NCBI GenBank assembly: GCA_035221665.1 | Contig: CM069131.1 | Location: forward strand, 149,730,001 to 149,794,000 | DNA from: Okamejei kenojei | Lineage: Eukaryota | Direction of reading: 5' to 3' | Length of the DNA: 64,000 nucleotides | Shown: one piece after another, positions 1 through 12,331 of the stretch | Position numbering within the stretch: the stretch's first letter is position 1 | Layout: every line of letters starts with the position of its first letter | Translations under genes and position numbers: made by a program | Notes under the pieces: generated by a model | The model's input: only the letters and a program-made list of their open reading frames with translations | What the model was told of the DNA's origin: nothing | Databases searched by the model: none

Positions 1-430
1 CTAACACCACAGTTTCCGTTTTCCTCCAAGCTCTCCCCACCCGAGGACATTAGCTTCATCTTGGTGCATGATTCATTTGGCACAAACAGCCCTCTGGTAC
101 TTGAGAACATAGCTGTTATTCAATTATTCATCAGTCTATTTGTGTACCGGCCTTGGCAGTAAATGTCAGTAGGTTATCTGACCATGGGAAGGTGACAGCC
201 AGGTCCAATTGAGTTTTCATCCAATTTCCATCCAGGTCCATTTCCAGAAGAGAGCACTGGAAAGCAGTCAGGTGTGGAGATTGCGGCTCACTTTATCCCT
301 CCTCACCCAGTGACTGATCTGATCTGATGCTGCTCCATTGCAATCAATGAACTCCACGCCTTCATTAACTGGACTTTTCCATTGCTCTACAGTTTCTCAT
401 TGGATGGATGAATTCAGAGAACTTAAACTG

Positions 431-727
431 GTTTAGTTTAGTTTAGAGATACAGCATGGAAACAGGCCCTTCGGCCCACTGACCAGCGATCCCCACACAC
501 TTACACTATCCTACACACACACACAGTAGTGATAATTTACAATTACACCAAGCCAAACCGGTACGTCTTTGGAGTGTGGGAGAAAATTGGAGATCCTGGA
601 GAAAACCCACGCAGGTCACAGGGGGAACATATGAACTCTGTACAGAGAAGCACCCATAGTTGGGATCGAAGCTGGGTCTCTGGCGCTGGTGAAGCAGCAA
701 CTCTACCGCTGCATCTCCATACTGCCC
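431..727 (-). mobile_element. HE1-type V-SINE (tRNA-derived), near full length
   Basis: Reverse complement shows a tRNA-like head, the V-domain core (TTTCTCCCACACTCCAAAGAC), a CR1-type tail and a (CTAAA)n end. Confidence 0.9.
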
Positions 728-947
728 CTTCATTTGATCTTGCTGCCAAGGTACAATGCTTACAGTTAAGTCATTTGCAAAACTTCCCTACTTGGATGAT
801 AGTCTGGCAAGAACACTTGAAATCGCCTTGCCACAAATTTCACTACCATTCATTGATTAAATGAGTATGGTACCATTTATATGCATCAAGATGACATACG
901 AAAAGATCCATTCTATGGTAAATTATTCTCAGAATAGCAGTGATTGG

Positions 948-1098
948 TTAGAGTCATACACCACAGAAACAGGCCATTTGGTCCAACTTGCCCTTGCCGA
1001 CCAAGATGTTCCATGTACACTAGTCCCACCTGCCCGTGTTTGGCCCATGTCCCTCTAAACCTTTCCTATCCATGTTCTCGCCCAAATGTCTTTTAAAT
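948..1098 (-). mobile_element. CR1/HER1 LINE 3' end fragment
   Basis: Matches the 3' ends of other CR1 copies in the window (e.g. 58112-58270). Confidence 0.8.
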
Positions 1099-1357
1099 TA
1101 AAAAAAAAATAGCAGGTCCCACAGAGGGGCTCAGAAGATGTCATGGGCCATGGCTGGGACACTTTTTAAACCTTGCGATTAGATCACTGCCCTGATCTCA
1201 TGTGAAGAGAGGGTTATTTTGGTTACAAAAAAAAGTTCTGCCATGGCTTTACTCAGTTCTTGGTCCCTGTATTGACAGCAGTTGTTGTTACTGACAGAAA
1301 ACGTGTTTTGTGTTGTTATTAAAGCATTAAGCCTCCTTTGAGCGGCAGTAGTATCAA

Positions 1358-1493
1358 AGTGTAGGAAAGAACTGCAGACGCTGGTTTAGACCAAAGATAG
1401 ATACAAAGAGCTGGAGTAAGTCAGCGGGTCAGACAGCATCGCTGGAGAAAAGGAATAGGTGACGTTTCGGGTCGAGACCCTTAATCAGACTTC
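1358..1493 (-). mobile_element. Penelope-type pseudo-LTR element with decayed hammerhead motif
   Basis: Minus strand CTGATTAAGGGTCTCGACCCGAAACGTC; flanking direct repeat AGTATCAA at 1350-1357 and 1494-1501. Confidence 0.8.
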
Positions 1494-1919
1494 AGTATCA
1501 ATAGGTTGCCTCAAAATTAGGTTATAATGCTGGCATTTCTGAATTTCAGCCAGAAATCTGAATCCTTGGTGCAAGCAGTGATCAGGACAAAGACCTTAAA
1601 ACCGAGTTGACATTCAGCAAGGTTCTCTCATCCTGATGGAATGATCTCTGCCCCAACCGTGATATTCCGGACTCAAGTTCAAGCTCAAATCCTGACTGCC
1701 CAACATGGTGGAGGCCAGCTCTGAACTGAGGGTTGATATTCCTATTCAATGTGCACAAATGGCTCTCCTATTCCTGTATAAATGGTGTGTGATTAGTTTT
1801 GGATGATTGTAGCTCAACCCGAATATAAAATCCACGAACAGTGCAATAAGAAAGCATTTCTGACACTCTTCCCTTGTAAATATTTATTCTCCGGGGTTCA
1901 CATTTCCGAACTCGTCAAT

Positions 1920-2130
1920 CATTATCTCACTTATTCATCTCTGGCATTTGTCCAACCATCTGCCTATTGAAAAGACCCCTCACCTGTATCCACCCACCAA
2001 CCTTCCTCTCTTCCAGCTTCCCCCCCCCCCCATCATCATCACAATCAGTCTGAAGAAGGGTCCCAACCAAAACTCCATCTACACATGTTCTCCAGTGATG
2101 CTACCTGACCCACTGTTAGTCCAGCACTTA
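1920..2130 (+). mobile_element. Penelope-type 3'/pLTR fragment
   Basis: Pyrimidine-rich tract, then CAGTCTGAAGAAGGGTCCCAACC and the conserved GATGCT.CCTGACCC block. Confidence 0.7.
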
Positions 2131-2325
2131 ATATCTTTATAGATTAGCAGTGGACTTTAGTACCTATGCTCAAGTTTCCACTGCATTGAGTTAAATAAAA
2201 ATGAAAATCAGTTGGTATGTAAAATGAGTGACCAATTTTATGATGGACAAACCTGCCTTTGTAGGTCTCTGTTCAAAGTTCAAAGGCGTGTCAAAAAGGG
2301 CTAGAGGTTTTCTTGAACTGGAGTC

Positions 2326-2527
2326 AAGACAAAAGTGCTGGAGTAACTCAACGCACCAGGCAGCATCCCTGGAGAACATGGATAGGTGACATTTTGGATT
2401 CTGAAGAAGGGTCCCGACCTGAAATGTAATCTATCCATGTTCTCCAGAAATGCTGCCTGACCTGTTGAATTACTCCAGCATGCTGTCTCTTCTTTTATAA
2501 ACCAGTATCTGCAGTTCCTTGTTTCTA
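2326..2527. mobile_element. Penelope-type element, inverted pair of pLTR units
   Basis: Minus-strand unit followed by a plus-strand unit starting CTGAAGAAGGGTCCCGACCTGAAA. Confidence 0.8.
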
Positions 2528-2909
2528 TGTAATGCTCTAGCTGTTGTCATAGCCGATGAGTTTGCAACTGGTAGACTGAGGAGGATGTGCCTTTTATCAC
2601 AATGGGAATACGCAAGTAGTGGGCCTGAAGGGTCAAGCTAATTTAATAGCTTAAAAAAAAGTATCTAGATCCTTATTTATTACCACCTGTGAATAATATC
2701 AAGCAGCCACAGTGGTCTTTAAAATCCCAGTGATATTTTATCAAACAAGATGCCTTACCCTAACAGATGGTTGTAAATTAAGTTGTTGCAAAGTTATCAC
2801 TGATGAAAAAATAATAGGTTGACTCAAGTTTCACTTATTTTTGAGGTGTAACTTTAGACTAGATTAGCAGATTTATACAAAATCATCTAACTCTGGGAGA
2901 CAATTTTTA

Positions 2910-3240
2910 TTTAATTTGTTCAATGAGTGTAGCCAATGCGACACGACGTGCATTTCAGTTCTCCTTCTGAAATGACCTTGATAAAATGATGCTGGAATAC
3001 TTTCATAAACCTGTACAGCCCATGCGATGAAGACATTAAAAGAATGCTTTTTGACAAGGGTTTACAGGATTTTGAACAAACAATGATGAAAAAGAAAAGC
3101 AGTGATGTACTTTTAAATCAGTGTTTGGATTGGAACTGATGTGACAGTATGTTCACTTTGTCCTTGTCCTTGCAGGTATTAGTGACGTCTGGTTTGGGAA
3201 ATATTTTGGAGCAACTCGTAAATTAATATTGTGTATTCTC
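2910..3240 (-). mobile_element. Old CR1-group LINE 3' remnant (same type as 32585-33272)
   Basis: Degenerate reverse-complement similarity to 33000-33270. Confidence 0.45.
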
Positions 3241-3401
3241 TTCATGTGCTTTGTCTAAGAAAGCGCAAAACTCTTCATTGTTTTTTGAACTGCACTTATC
3301 CAGGTTTATCCTGGTGCCATTCGGATGGCTTAAAGATTCTGTGGATCAGGGAGTGAATCAAACATCACAGGATACCCAGCCCCCGACTTGCTCTTTTAAC
3401 C

Positions 3402-3502
3402 GTGTAGCAAGGAACTGCAGATGCTGGTTTAAAGTGGAGAGAGACACAGAATGCTGGAGTAACTCAGCGGAATCGGCAGCATCTCTGGCGAGGAGAGGAA
3501 TA
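3402..3502 (-). mobile_element. Penelope-type pLTR fragment
   Basis: GGAACTGCAGATGCTGG...GCTGGAGTAACTCAGCGG...GCAGCATCTCTGG block. Confidence 0.8.
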
Positions 3503-3544
3503 TTTATCCAGATGATCCAGCAACGTTTCTGGTCAAAGATACCA

Positions 3545-4170
3545 CAGGTCGGTAGTGCCACTGATTGCCAAAGGGAGGTAGCGTCTGTAAATAAATGAAA
3601 CCGTGGAACTTGACTGGCCTCAGTGCCTCAGAACCTGTGTGGACTAGCTGGCAGAAGTATTTGCGGGCATTTTCAACCTCTCTCTACCCCATTCTAAGGT
3701 TGCCACTTGCTTTAAAAAGACCACTATAATCTCAGGAATAAAGCAAGGCAAGGTGCCTTAAGGACTACTGCCCAGTGGCTCTGACATCCATTATCCTGCA
3801 TTGCATTGTCTAGCCAGTCATGACGCACATTAACTCCACCCTCCCAGACAGTCTAGAACGATGGCCTACCAACACAACAAATCTATGACAGAAACATTTC
3901 CCTGACCTTACAATCGTCTCAGGAACATATGGATAACAGGCACACTTGCCTCAGACTCCCCATTTAATGACGATAGTTCCACCATCATTCTAACCAAACT
4001 CCCAGGTCTAGGTCTCACCACCTCCCTCTGCCATTGGATCCTCAACTTCCTGATCCACAGACCACAACAGCATAGCTGATATGACATCTTCCAGGACAAC
4101 GCTCAATACTGGGCCTGACAGGACTGCACACTCAGCCATTGCTCTACCCCCAATACATTCTCAACTGTGG
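3545..4170 (+). mobile_element. Rex1/Babar LINE RT remnant
   Basis: Broken translation gives LAEVF..IFNLSL, CFKKTTII and DYCPVALTSII, typical Rex1 RT N-terminal motifs. Confidence 0.7.
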
Positions 4171-4435
4171 CAGGCCGGATCAGAAACAATTGTGAAATGG
4201 AAGTACAGGATAAAGATGGAGAGTTCAGTTACAAGGTGTAACTAGAGCCCATTTTTCCCTTCCTAGTTACCACCATGAGCAGGAGTCCACTGCCATGGTG
4301 ACTGGTTACTTGACCAAATGGTCATCAGTTTGGGCAATTGGTGCCAAACGTTTTTTCCATCAGAGAGGCATCACAGCTCATTCCAACGTGTCCTTCAGTA
4401 ATGTTCACACAATGAACAAACTGTGGAGCTTTCTT

Positions 4436-4655
4436 GTGTAGGAAAGAACTGCAGACACTAGTTTACACCAAAGATAGACACAAAATGCTTGAATAACTCA
4501 GTGGGGCAGGCAGCATCTCTGCATGAGAAGAAATGGGAGACATTTCGGGTTGAAACCCTTCTTCAGACAGTGTGAAGGGTCTCGACCCGAAACGTCACCT
4601 ATTCCTTAGCTCCAGAGATGCTGTCTGTCCCGCTGAGTTACTCCAACATTTTGTG
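4436..4655. mobile_element. Penelope-type element, inverted pair
   Basis: Minus unit with intact core CTGAAGAAGGGTTTCAACCCGAAATGTC, then a plus unit; approximate TSD GTGGAGCTTTCTT / GTGGGACTTTCTT. Confidence 0.85.
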
Positions 4656-5334
4656 GGACTTTCTTTACCAGTGCGACTTAATTTCATGCAGACATGTGCT
4701 CCTTGCCAACCAAACTATAGGCAGAGCTTTGTAGTATGACATTAAACTGATTTGTTTTGTGCAATAGAGTTGCCATTTGAATCCTTGCATAAGAAGTTTG
4801 GAATATGTCTGCCTTGCAACAATATGTTAGCTCATCTCCATCAGCAGGAACACAAGAGCTTTATCCTCCCATTTTATTTTTTTCTCTACCTTGTGCTGAC
4901 TACCTCAAGTGCGCTTCCTGTCATCTGTTCATGCTCATAAGCCAGATCTGGCTCTGGTCTTAATTGCTTTCTTCAGAAGGTGCATAATAATTACAGCAAA
5001 TTAACTTTTGCCTTCTCTGCTGCCAACTTGTGGAATTCAATGCCCATACTGCTAAAAAAAAAGCTCAGCCTTATCAGCATTTAAATCATGTATGCGTAGT
5101 TACTTATAATTAACCTTGGCTGAAATGACGACGGCTTCCTTGATTGTTATTCATTGTCATTACCTAACACATTGACTGCTGCAACATTTTCCTGCATTGT
5201 TTTCCAGAAAAGTAATAATGTTTTTTCATGCCAATGCTATATGCCGCAGCATAGGTATTCATCTGTCTTTTACCCACGGTCTGATAAGCAGCTTGCTTTT
5301 CATCCCTGCAGTATATGACATTAGAAACCAAAGG

Positions 5335-5560
5335 ATGCAGTTACCTGATGAAATGGGTTAGACATGGGTCTTTCATCTTCAGGATTTGGCTTCAATTCAG
5401 TCCAGACTGATGAGATGAAAGTCTCGCCTGTCTGTTGGTTGTCCTTTGCAAAATGCATTTGGGCACTCTCAATCTACTTCCTAATAGGACAGGCTCACAA
5501 CACAAAAAAAAAAAATTACCAAATTGTAAATCTCATTCAGAAAGGATGGCTGCTGTCAGG
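5335..5560 (+). mobile_element. LF-SINE-like ancient SINE relic
   Basis: Collinear blocks CTTTCATCT, TTCAATTCAGTCCAG, GAAAGTC, TCTGTTGGTTGT, AAATG, TCTCAATCTACTTCCTA, GGACAGG, CACAAAA resemble the LF-SINE consensus as I recall it. Confidence 0.55.
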
Positions 5561-6307
5561 GAGAGAAATATCATCCGCGTGCAGCAGTGGCTGCCAGGCT
5601 ATTGTTGAGCTTTATTCTATATCAAACTGTTCTACAGCTGACCTGGGATTGCTCGATGCTGCTGCAAAGTATCCAACATAGACACAAGAATTACTCTGGC
5701 TGCTATCTGCAGTGATATTATAAATGTTATAAAGAACATGGTTGCGATGCTGCTACACACTGCAACCAGAGTAATCATTAACCTTAGGAATAAAAAAAGG
5801 ACATCGTCTTACATCTCACTGACAGTGCACACGAGTCTGTGTTTCAACATGTAACATGGGTCGGCCACTGCTGCGTTTGCATCAAAGCAGAAGCGCTTTG
5901 GTTTGTTTGTTCAGGTCTATTATACACTGAAGCACATTGTGATATCTTGCCACAAAAGCATGGCTTCTTCTTGCATGTTGTGATTCCTTAAGAGCACAGC
6001 AAATCATAAGAATACAGGAGCAGGAGGAGGCCCACTAGATTCCTCAAGCCTTTAGTATGACCACAGCCTGTTTTCCCCAGGCCCAAATACTTTTTTTTTT
6101 TGGCATCAGTTCCCCATTGCCCAACTCTTCTGAAACATGTATCTTCCTCCTCTCTAACTGCTCCAATGGATCTCGCATCCAAAAAGCCTCTGAGGTAGAG
6201 AATTCCAGAGATCAACTACCGACTGTGGGAAGTATCTGTGCATCTCAGTTTTAAATGACCCATGTAACTACTGGTTTGAGATTCCTCTGCTGATAGAAAC
6301 ATCTCAT

Positions 6308-7683
6308 GGGCGGCACAGTGCGCAGCTGTATCGTTCCTGCCTTACAGCGCCAGTGACCCGGGTTCGATCCTGACTATCGGTGCTGTCTGTATGAAGTTTG
6401 TAAGTTCTCCCTGAGACCGCTTGGGTTTTCTCCGTGTGCTCCGGTATCCTCCCACATTCCAAAGACATACAGGTTTGCACGTTAAATACCTGTGGTGAAG
6501 ATTGTAAATTGTCCCTAGTGTGTAGAAACATAGAAATTAGGTGCAGGAGTAGGCCATTCAGCCCGTCGAGCCTGCACCGCCATGCAATATGATCATGGCT
6601 GATCATCCAACTCAGTATCCCGTACCTGCCTTCTCTCCATACCCCCTGATCCCCTTAGCCACAAGGGCCACATCTAACTCCCTCTTAAATACAGCCAATG
6701 AACTGGCCTCAACTACCCTCTGTGGCACAGAGTTCCAGAGACTCACCACTCACCGTGTGAAAAAAGTCTTTCTCATCTCGGTCTTAAAGGATTTCCCCCT
6801 TATCCTTAAGCTGTGACCCCTTGTCCTGGACTTCCCCAACATCGGGAACAATCTTCCTGCATCTAGCCTGTCCAACCCCTTAAGAATTTTGTAAGTTTCT
6901 ATAAGATCCCCTCTCAATCTCCTATATTCTAGAGAGTATAAACCAAGTCTATCCAGTCTTTCTTCATAAGACAGTCCTGACATCCCAGGAATCAGTCTGG
7001 TGAACCTTCTCTGCACTCCCTCTATGGCAGTAATGTCCTTCCTCAGATTTGGAGACCAGAACTGTACGCAATACTCCATGTGTGGTCTCACCAAGATCCT
7101 ATATAACTGAAGTAGAACCTCCCTGCTCCTATACTCAAATCCTTTTGCTATGAAAGCTAACATACCATTCGCTTTCTTCACTGCCTGTTGCACCTGCATG
7201 CCTACTTTCAATGAATGGTGTACCATGACACCCAGGTCTCGCTGCATCTCCCATTCCCTAATCGGCCACCATTTAGATAATAGCCTGCTTTCCTGTTTTT
7301 GCCACCAAAGTGGATAACCTCACATTTATCCACATTATACTGCATCTGCCAAACATTTGCCCACTCACCCAGCCTATCCAAGTCACCGTGCAGTCTCCTA
7401 GCATTCTCCTCACTGCTAACACTGCCCACCAGCTTAGTGTCATCTGCAAACTTGGAGATATTGCCTTCAATTCCCTCATCCAGATCATTAATATATATTG
7501 TAAATAGCTGTGGTCCCAGCACTGAGCCTTGCGGTTCCCTACTAGTCACTGCCTGCCATTGTGAAAAGGACCTGTTTACTCCTATTCTTTGCTTCCTGTT
7601 TGCCAGATAGTGTTGGTGTACAGGGATCGAGGTTTGGCGTGAACGGTGGGCTGAAGGGCCCGCTTCCATTCTGTGTCTCTATC
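6308..7683 (+). mobile_element. HE1 V-SINE split by a CR1 (pieces 6308-6525 and 7606-7683)
   Basis: GGGCGGCACAGTG head, B-box GGTTCGATCC, V-domain; TGTAG|GATAG rejoins when the CR1 is removed. Confidence 0.9.
6523..7605 (-). mobile_element. Young CR1 LINE, 5'-truncated, RT C-terminal half
   Basis: ORFs 7208-7669 and 6750-7247 (PQGSVLGP, FADD, RRLRGDLIE); TAGAAACA tail repeats. Confidence 0.95.
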
Positions 7684-7989
7684 TCGACATCTATCATGTC
7701 CTCTCAAAATCTTGCACGTTTCAATAAAATGGCACCTCATTCTTCTAAACGCAATATAGTTTTATTTTCCTTTAGCTGCTCTTGATAAGACAATCATTTC
7801 AACACCATCAATTAAGTGGTGGATCTCTTTGTGGATTGCCTTCAAAACAAGTATATCTTTTGTGGAAAAATTGATCTTTTTTCCCCAAAGTAATCAGCTT
7901 TCTGACACTTTCCCCACATTAAATTTGCCAACATTTTGTGAGCTCATCATGGAGATCAGAGGAATTAACAGCAAAGCCACATGAACACA

Positions 7990-8288
7990 GGGCAGCACAG
8001 GACAGTGACGCAATGGTAGAGTTGCCGCCTTACAGTGGCAGAGGCCCAGGTTCTATCCTGACTACGGGTGCTTGTCTGTACTGAGTTTGTACATTCTCCC
8101 CATGACCTACATGTGTTTCTCCAAGATCTTCTGTTTCCCCCACACTCCAAAGACGTACAGGTTTGTATGCTAATTGGCTTGGTATAAATGTAAATTATCC
8201 CTATTGCGTGTAGGATAGTGTGCGGGGATCACTGGTGGGCTGAAGGGCCTGTTTTGACATCGTATCTCTAAACTAACCTAAACTAAAC
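7990..8288 (+). mobile_element. HE1 V-SINE
   Basis: tRNA head, V-domain, (CTAAA)n tail. Confidence 0.9.
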
Positions 8289-8444
8289 ACATGGAGGGAG
8301 AAGACCTGGTTTATTCAGTTTTTTTTCTCTTTTTTCTCATTTGACTCAAATCTATGTTGGCTCTTAAAGCAATGGCATAATCCCTTTCTCCATTCATCTC
8401 TCTCATATGCCCAACAACTCCCTTCAGAGGCACTTGCCAAAAAA

Positions 8445-8645
8445 AGGATAATTTACAAATGCCAATTGAACTATTAACAAGCACATCTTTGGGATATGGG
8501 CAGAAACTGGTGCACCCAGGAGAAATTCATGCATTGGCAGGGAAAAATGTGCTGACCCCACATAGTCAGCATTGGAGACTAGGAATAAACTCACATCACT
8601 GGAACTGTGAGGCAGCAGCACTACCCAAGGTACTACAGTGCTGCT
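8445..8645 (-). mobile_element. Older V-SINE, diverged
   Basis: Degenerate head and V-domain on the minus strand. Confidence 0.7.
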
Positions 8646-9929
8646 GTGTAACTGCTGAAAGGTTCAGTTTCACCTGAGGACTACATTGCAACATTTCAAT
8701 CACTCACCCTCAGCCCTGCTGCATGACAAGCTGTACTCTGCAGTCTCTAAATTGTGGACTCCCATATCCCACTAGGAACCAGTAGAGAAACGTACCATAA
8801 CTTCGCTCCTTGAAAAATAAAATATCCTTGCATTCTTTGTTAATTATTTTATCCTATCAAATTATATTTTGATCACATTATTCACAATCTCAGCTCTCTT
8901 CTCATTTTGCAAAGCACTTTCAGTGATGATATACAGCTGCCCCTGTTCAGTAGGCTTGTGCATGCTTGAAGGAAACCATCGGGCTTTTGGTTGGAGGTAG
9001 AATGAATGCTTCACGCAACTAAAATAATTTCGTTCAGTGAGAAAGCTTCACTGCTTCATTGGAGATGTGAAGAGGCAATGACTGGTCCAAACATTCAAAT
9101 AATTGGAGAGAAGAAACACAGGGAAATAGGAGATTAAACTGACTGGTTCTTCTTTTGCAATATCCGGTGATTCATTTATTGACCTGAAGGAATAAATTAT
9201 TATTTCTTTTGATGAAGGAAATTAAGGTAATGGCAGGAACTAATCTTCATTGACACTGTGGATTTTACAAAGTATACAATTACAGGTTTTGTTTTTCTCC
9301 TGGTTAATCCAATTGAATTTCTGAGCTCTATTTCACTACAGCTAAACACTATGCTGATGGTTTAATCAATGTTTCCATTATACTATTTAGCACATTTCCT
9401 GATCGGCTTATGTCCTATGAACATATCTCTCCTTCCATTATTTTGGAAGCATAACAAATATTTTATGATCACCTCTGGTCAACAAAAAAAATGATTTACT
9501 TTAATTTGGAAGATATTAGAGGACTAAATATTTTTTACAAAGGTCCACCCATTTCTTGGACAAACATACCGATGATACAGGGTCACCCTCCTACACCCGC
9601 ACAATTGACACTCACCTGTACCTCTGCTCACGGTCCTTCCAATTGTCCACTAAATTGCCAGGCTGTTTGCTCCATTTTGGATGTGCAGAAATTCCCCACA
9701 TGCAATTCTGAGGGGATCAAAATTATTGCCTTTGACTCCTTTCGCAAGCCACTGGCTCCATCCCTTTGCCTGGTAACCGTCTGAAACTGGAACAGGTTGT
9801 TTGGAATCATGGTGCTATATCCAAGTTTGGGAGGAGCTCTGAACTACATGCATATGTCATCAGTAAATTAACCTCCATAACATTCACTCCACTGAAGGTT
9901 TTATTTGCACCGTTGCTATCTTAGACTTG

Positions 9930-10212
9930 AGCGTTTAAATGCACTATGGCCAGCCGCACCGTCATACCTTAAAGAAAATGAAGCTCATCTGAAACTCCAC
10001 TGTCCATGTTCCATTCTGCTTCCAACCTCCATACATCTCCAACTCACTGCCCCCGAGTGACGTAATCTGAAAGTACGGGGTCAACTTCCAAATCTACACA
10101 GTTGACATTCACGGCTATCTCAGTTCATGGCCCTGTGCTCACTGATTGTGTTGACCTCTTGTTAAGCAACATCTAGATATTAAAAGATCATCCTTGGTTT
10201 CAGATTAATCCA
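9930..10212 (+). mobile_element. L2 LINE RT C-terminal remnant
   Basis: AAGCTCATCTGAAACTCCACTG and CCCTGTGCTCACTGA...GTTAAGCAACATCTAGATATTAAAA resemble the L2 QN.AA..PVL..LHWLPV.QR.DFK region. Confidence 0.5.
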
Positions 10213-10362
10213 GGAAGGAAAGTTAATGGGGAATAGGAATGCTCAGTGAACTGAAATGGCCTCTCACTAGGTTAAAAATATATGTGGAAAATTGCTTGCT
10301 CAAACTTCTGTTTCTCTTTCTCTCTTTAAATCTTGTCCAATTCAACAAGTATGTTATCCACT

Positions 10363-10640
10363 GCCCATTTAGAACTGAGATGAGGAAAAAAAATTTTTTT
10401 TCACCCAGAGAGTTGTGAATTTGTGGAATTCTCTGCCACAGAAGGCAGTGGAGGCCAATTCACTGGATGAATTTAAAAGAGAGCCAAATAGAGCTCTTGG
10501 GGCTAGCGGAATCAAGGGGGAAAGGGGGGGAGAAGGCAGGCACGGGTTACTGGCTGTGGATGATCAGCCATGATCACAATGAATGGTGGTGCTGGCTCGA
10601 AGGGCTGAATGGCCCCCTCCTGCGCTCGTTTTCTATGTTT
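10363..10640 (+). mobile_element. CR1 3' end fragment
   Basis: FFTQRVVNLWNSLP coding remnant, 3'UTR and TTCTATGT tail. Confidence 0.9.
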
Positions 10641-10646
10641 AATAAA

Positions 10647-10775
10647 AGATAGACACAAAATGCTGGAGTCGCACAACGGGTCAGGCAGCATGTCTGGATA
10701 GAAGGATTGGGTGATGTTTCGGCTCGAGACTCTTCTTCAGATTTATGTTTCGGGTTGAGGCCTTTCTTCAGGCTT
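10647..10775 (-). mobile_element. Penelope-type element with two tandem hammerhead motifs
   Basis: Minus strand CTGAAGAAAGGCCTCAACCCGAAACATA AAT CTGAAGAAGAGTCTCGAGCCGAAACATC. Confidence 0.8.
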
Positions 10776-10799
10776 TTGAAGAAGTTCATCTCTCAATGG

Positions 10800-11202
10800 G
10801 GGGGGGGGGGGGGGGGTGCAATTGAAACATACAGAATAGTGAAAGGCTTGGAGAGAGTGGATGTGGAGGGAATGTTTCCACTAGTGGGAGAGTCTAGGAC
10901 TAGAGGTCATAGCCTCAGAATGAAAGGACGTGCTTTTAGGAAGTAGATGAGGAGAAATTTCTTTAGTCGGAGGGTAGTGAATATGTGGCATTTGTTGCCA
11001 CAATAGGTTGTGGAGACAAAGTCGGTGGATATTTTTAAGGCAGAGATAGATAGATGATTAGTATGGGTGTTGAAGTTTATGGGGAGAAGGCAGGAGAATG
11101 GAATTAGGAGGGAGAGATAGATCAGCCTTGATTGAATGGTGGAGTAGACTTAATGGGCCGCATGGCTTAATTCTACTCCTATCCATTATGACCTTATGAC
11201 CT
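10800..11202 (+). mobile_element. CR1 3' end fragment (different subfamily)
   Basis: IETYRIVKGL...TRGHSL; TATGACCT tail. Confidence 0.9.
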
Positions 11203-11815
11203 CAATAGTCAGGTGAAACACACTTAAGCCACTGAGTTGCATTAAAAAGTGCTATGTAAAGCCAAATCATTGTTGATACCGAGTACAACATCAACCAGAT
11301 ATAATCAGCATGCTCCAACAACACCAGGGGAAAGATCCCAGTTATTTTTTGTCCCTAAGAAAGCAAAACGTTTTAAAATAAATCTTCTTGAAAAGCTTTC
11401 TTGCAATCTTCACATCAGCTTGCTGGTATGCAGCGATGGAACAGGTCAAGATTCAAACTGTCTGAAAATCTATAATTCCATCTTAGAAAATGTGCATCAA
11501 CATCAAATAACAGAGAAATCACATCACCAGCCCTGAATAACAAGCAAAACACTGCTACTGTTCTACCTCTCTCAATACTTTAATTTAAGAACTTGATGCA
11601 TTTAACTGCACGTCTTTAAATGAAAAAAACAACCCCAGGTCTTAATCATAAAACTACAGAATACATTAAGTGTCCATTGGTCTGCTAAACCACCTATTAG
11701 GACATTGATGCAAGCAGGTTACACAGTTGCATGCTCAGGTGATTTCACAACCCCACAGTGTTTATCAACCAATTTACTGGATTCCTGAAATCACAGGATT
11801 CACACTGGTGCCTTA

Positions 11816-12331
11816 TCAGCCTGTCCACTTAAGCGATTTTTTCTGCGACTGCCGGCGATTGTCATGGTCGTAGCAGGCCACCGAAAAACCAGCGACTGGA
11901 CCCCCCCTACAACAATGTCTACGACAATGTCTACAACAACCTACCACCTAGTCGACGTCAATCTATGGCAAGCTACTGACAACCGGCGACCCAGGACGTC
12001 CACCTATGACCACACCTACGACAACCTACGTCCACCCGCGGTAAGCTACGACAAGGTACCACCCTGCCGGCGACAACTGAAGACAACTTTAGACAACCTA
12101 CATCATCCTGGTGACAACCTGCGACAGCACCTACGTCAGGAGAAGTCAAGCTACGCTCAAGTCAACTATCGCCAAAAAGTTTGAACATTTCAAAAACCAG
12201 CAGCGATCAAAAAAATCCAACGTTTCTTTGGGCAACTGAGGAACAGGCGACACCCCGGCGACCATGTGGTGACAGGTTAGTCGCCTGTCGTCGCCTAAAA
12301 AAAAAAAAATCACCTAAGTGGAACAGGGGCA
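11816..12331. mobile_element. PIF/Harbinger-type MITE
   Basis: TIRs CCTGTCCACTTAAGCGATTTTT / AAAAATCACCTAAGTGGAACAGG; TTA TSD at 11813-11815 and 12332-12334; internal ACGACAACCT-like repeats. Confidence 0.85.

Larger units (their letters stand above)
6003..7940 (-). mobile_element. Old CR1 3' fragment split by a SINE (pieces 6003-6305 and 7684-7940)
   Basis: Degenerate CR1 3'UTR/RT C-terminus continues on both sides of the inserted SINE. Confidence 0.65.
10163..11371 (+). repeat. 1.2-kb local duplication, donor copy
   Basis: Near-identical to 19682-20862. Confidence 0.97.

Noticed and set aside
5408-5423. CTGATGA...GAAAGTC hammerhead-like string
   Set aside because: Only 3 nt between the core boxes, so no stem II; lies inside the LF-SINE-like relic
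6308-6380. tRNA gene
   Set aside because: A/B-box head continues into the V-SINE body; not a stand-alone tRNA
11900-12170. CRISPR-like repeat array
   Set aside because: Eukaryotic context; irregular short repeats with no constant repeat-spacer period
11864-12184. 106-aa Thr-rich ORF
   Set aside because: Translation of MITE internal repeats
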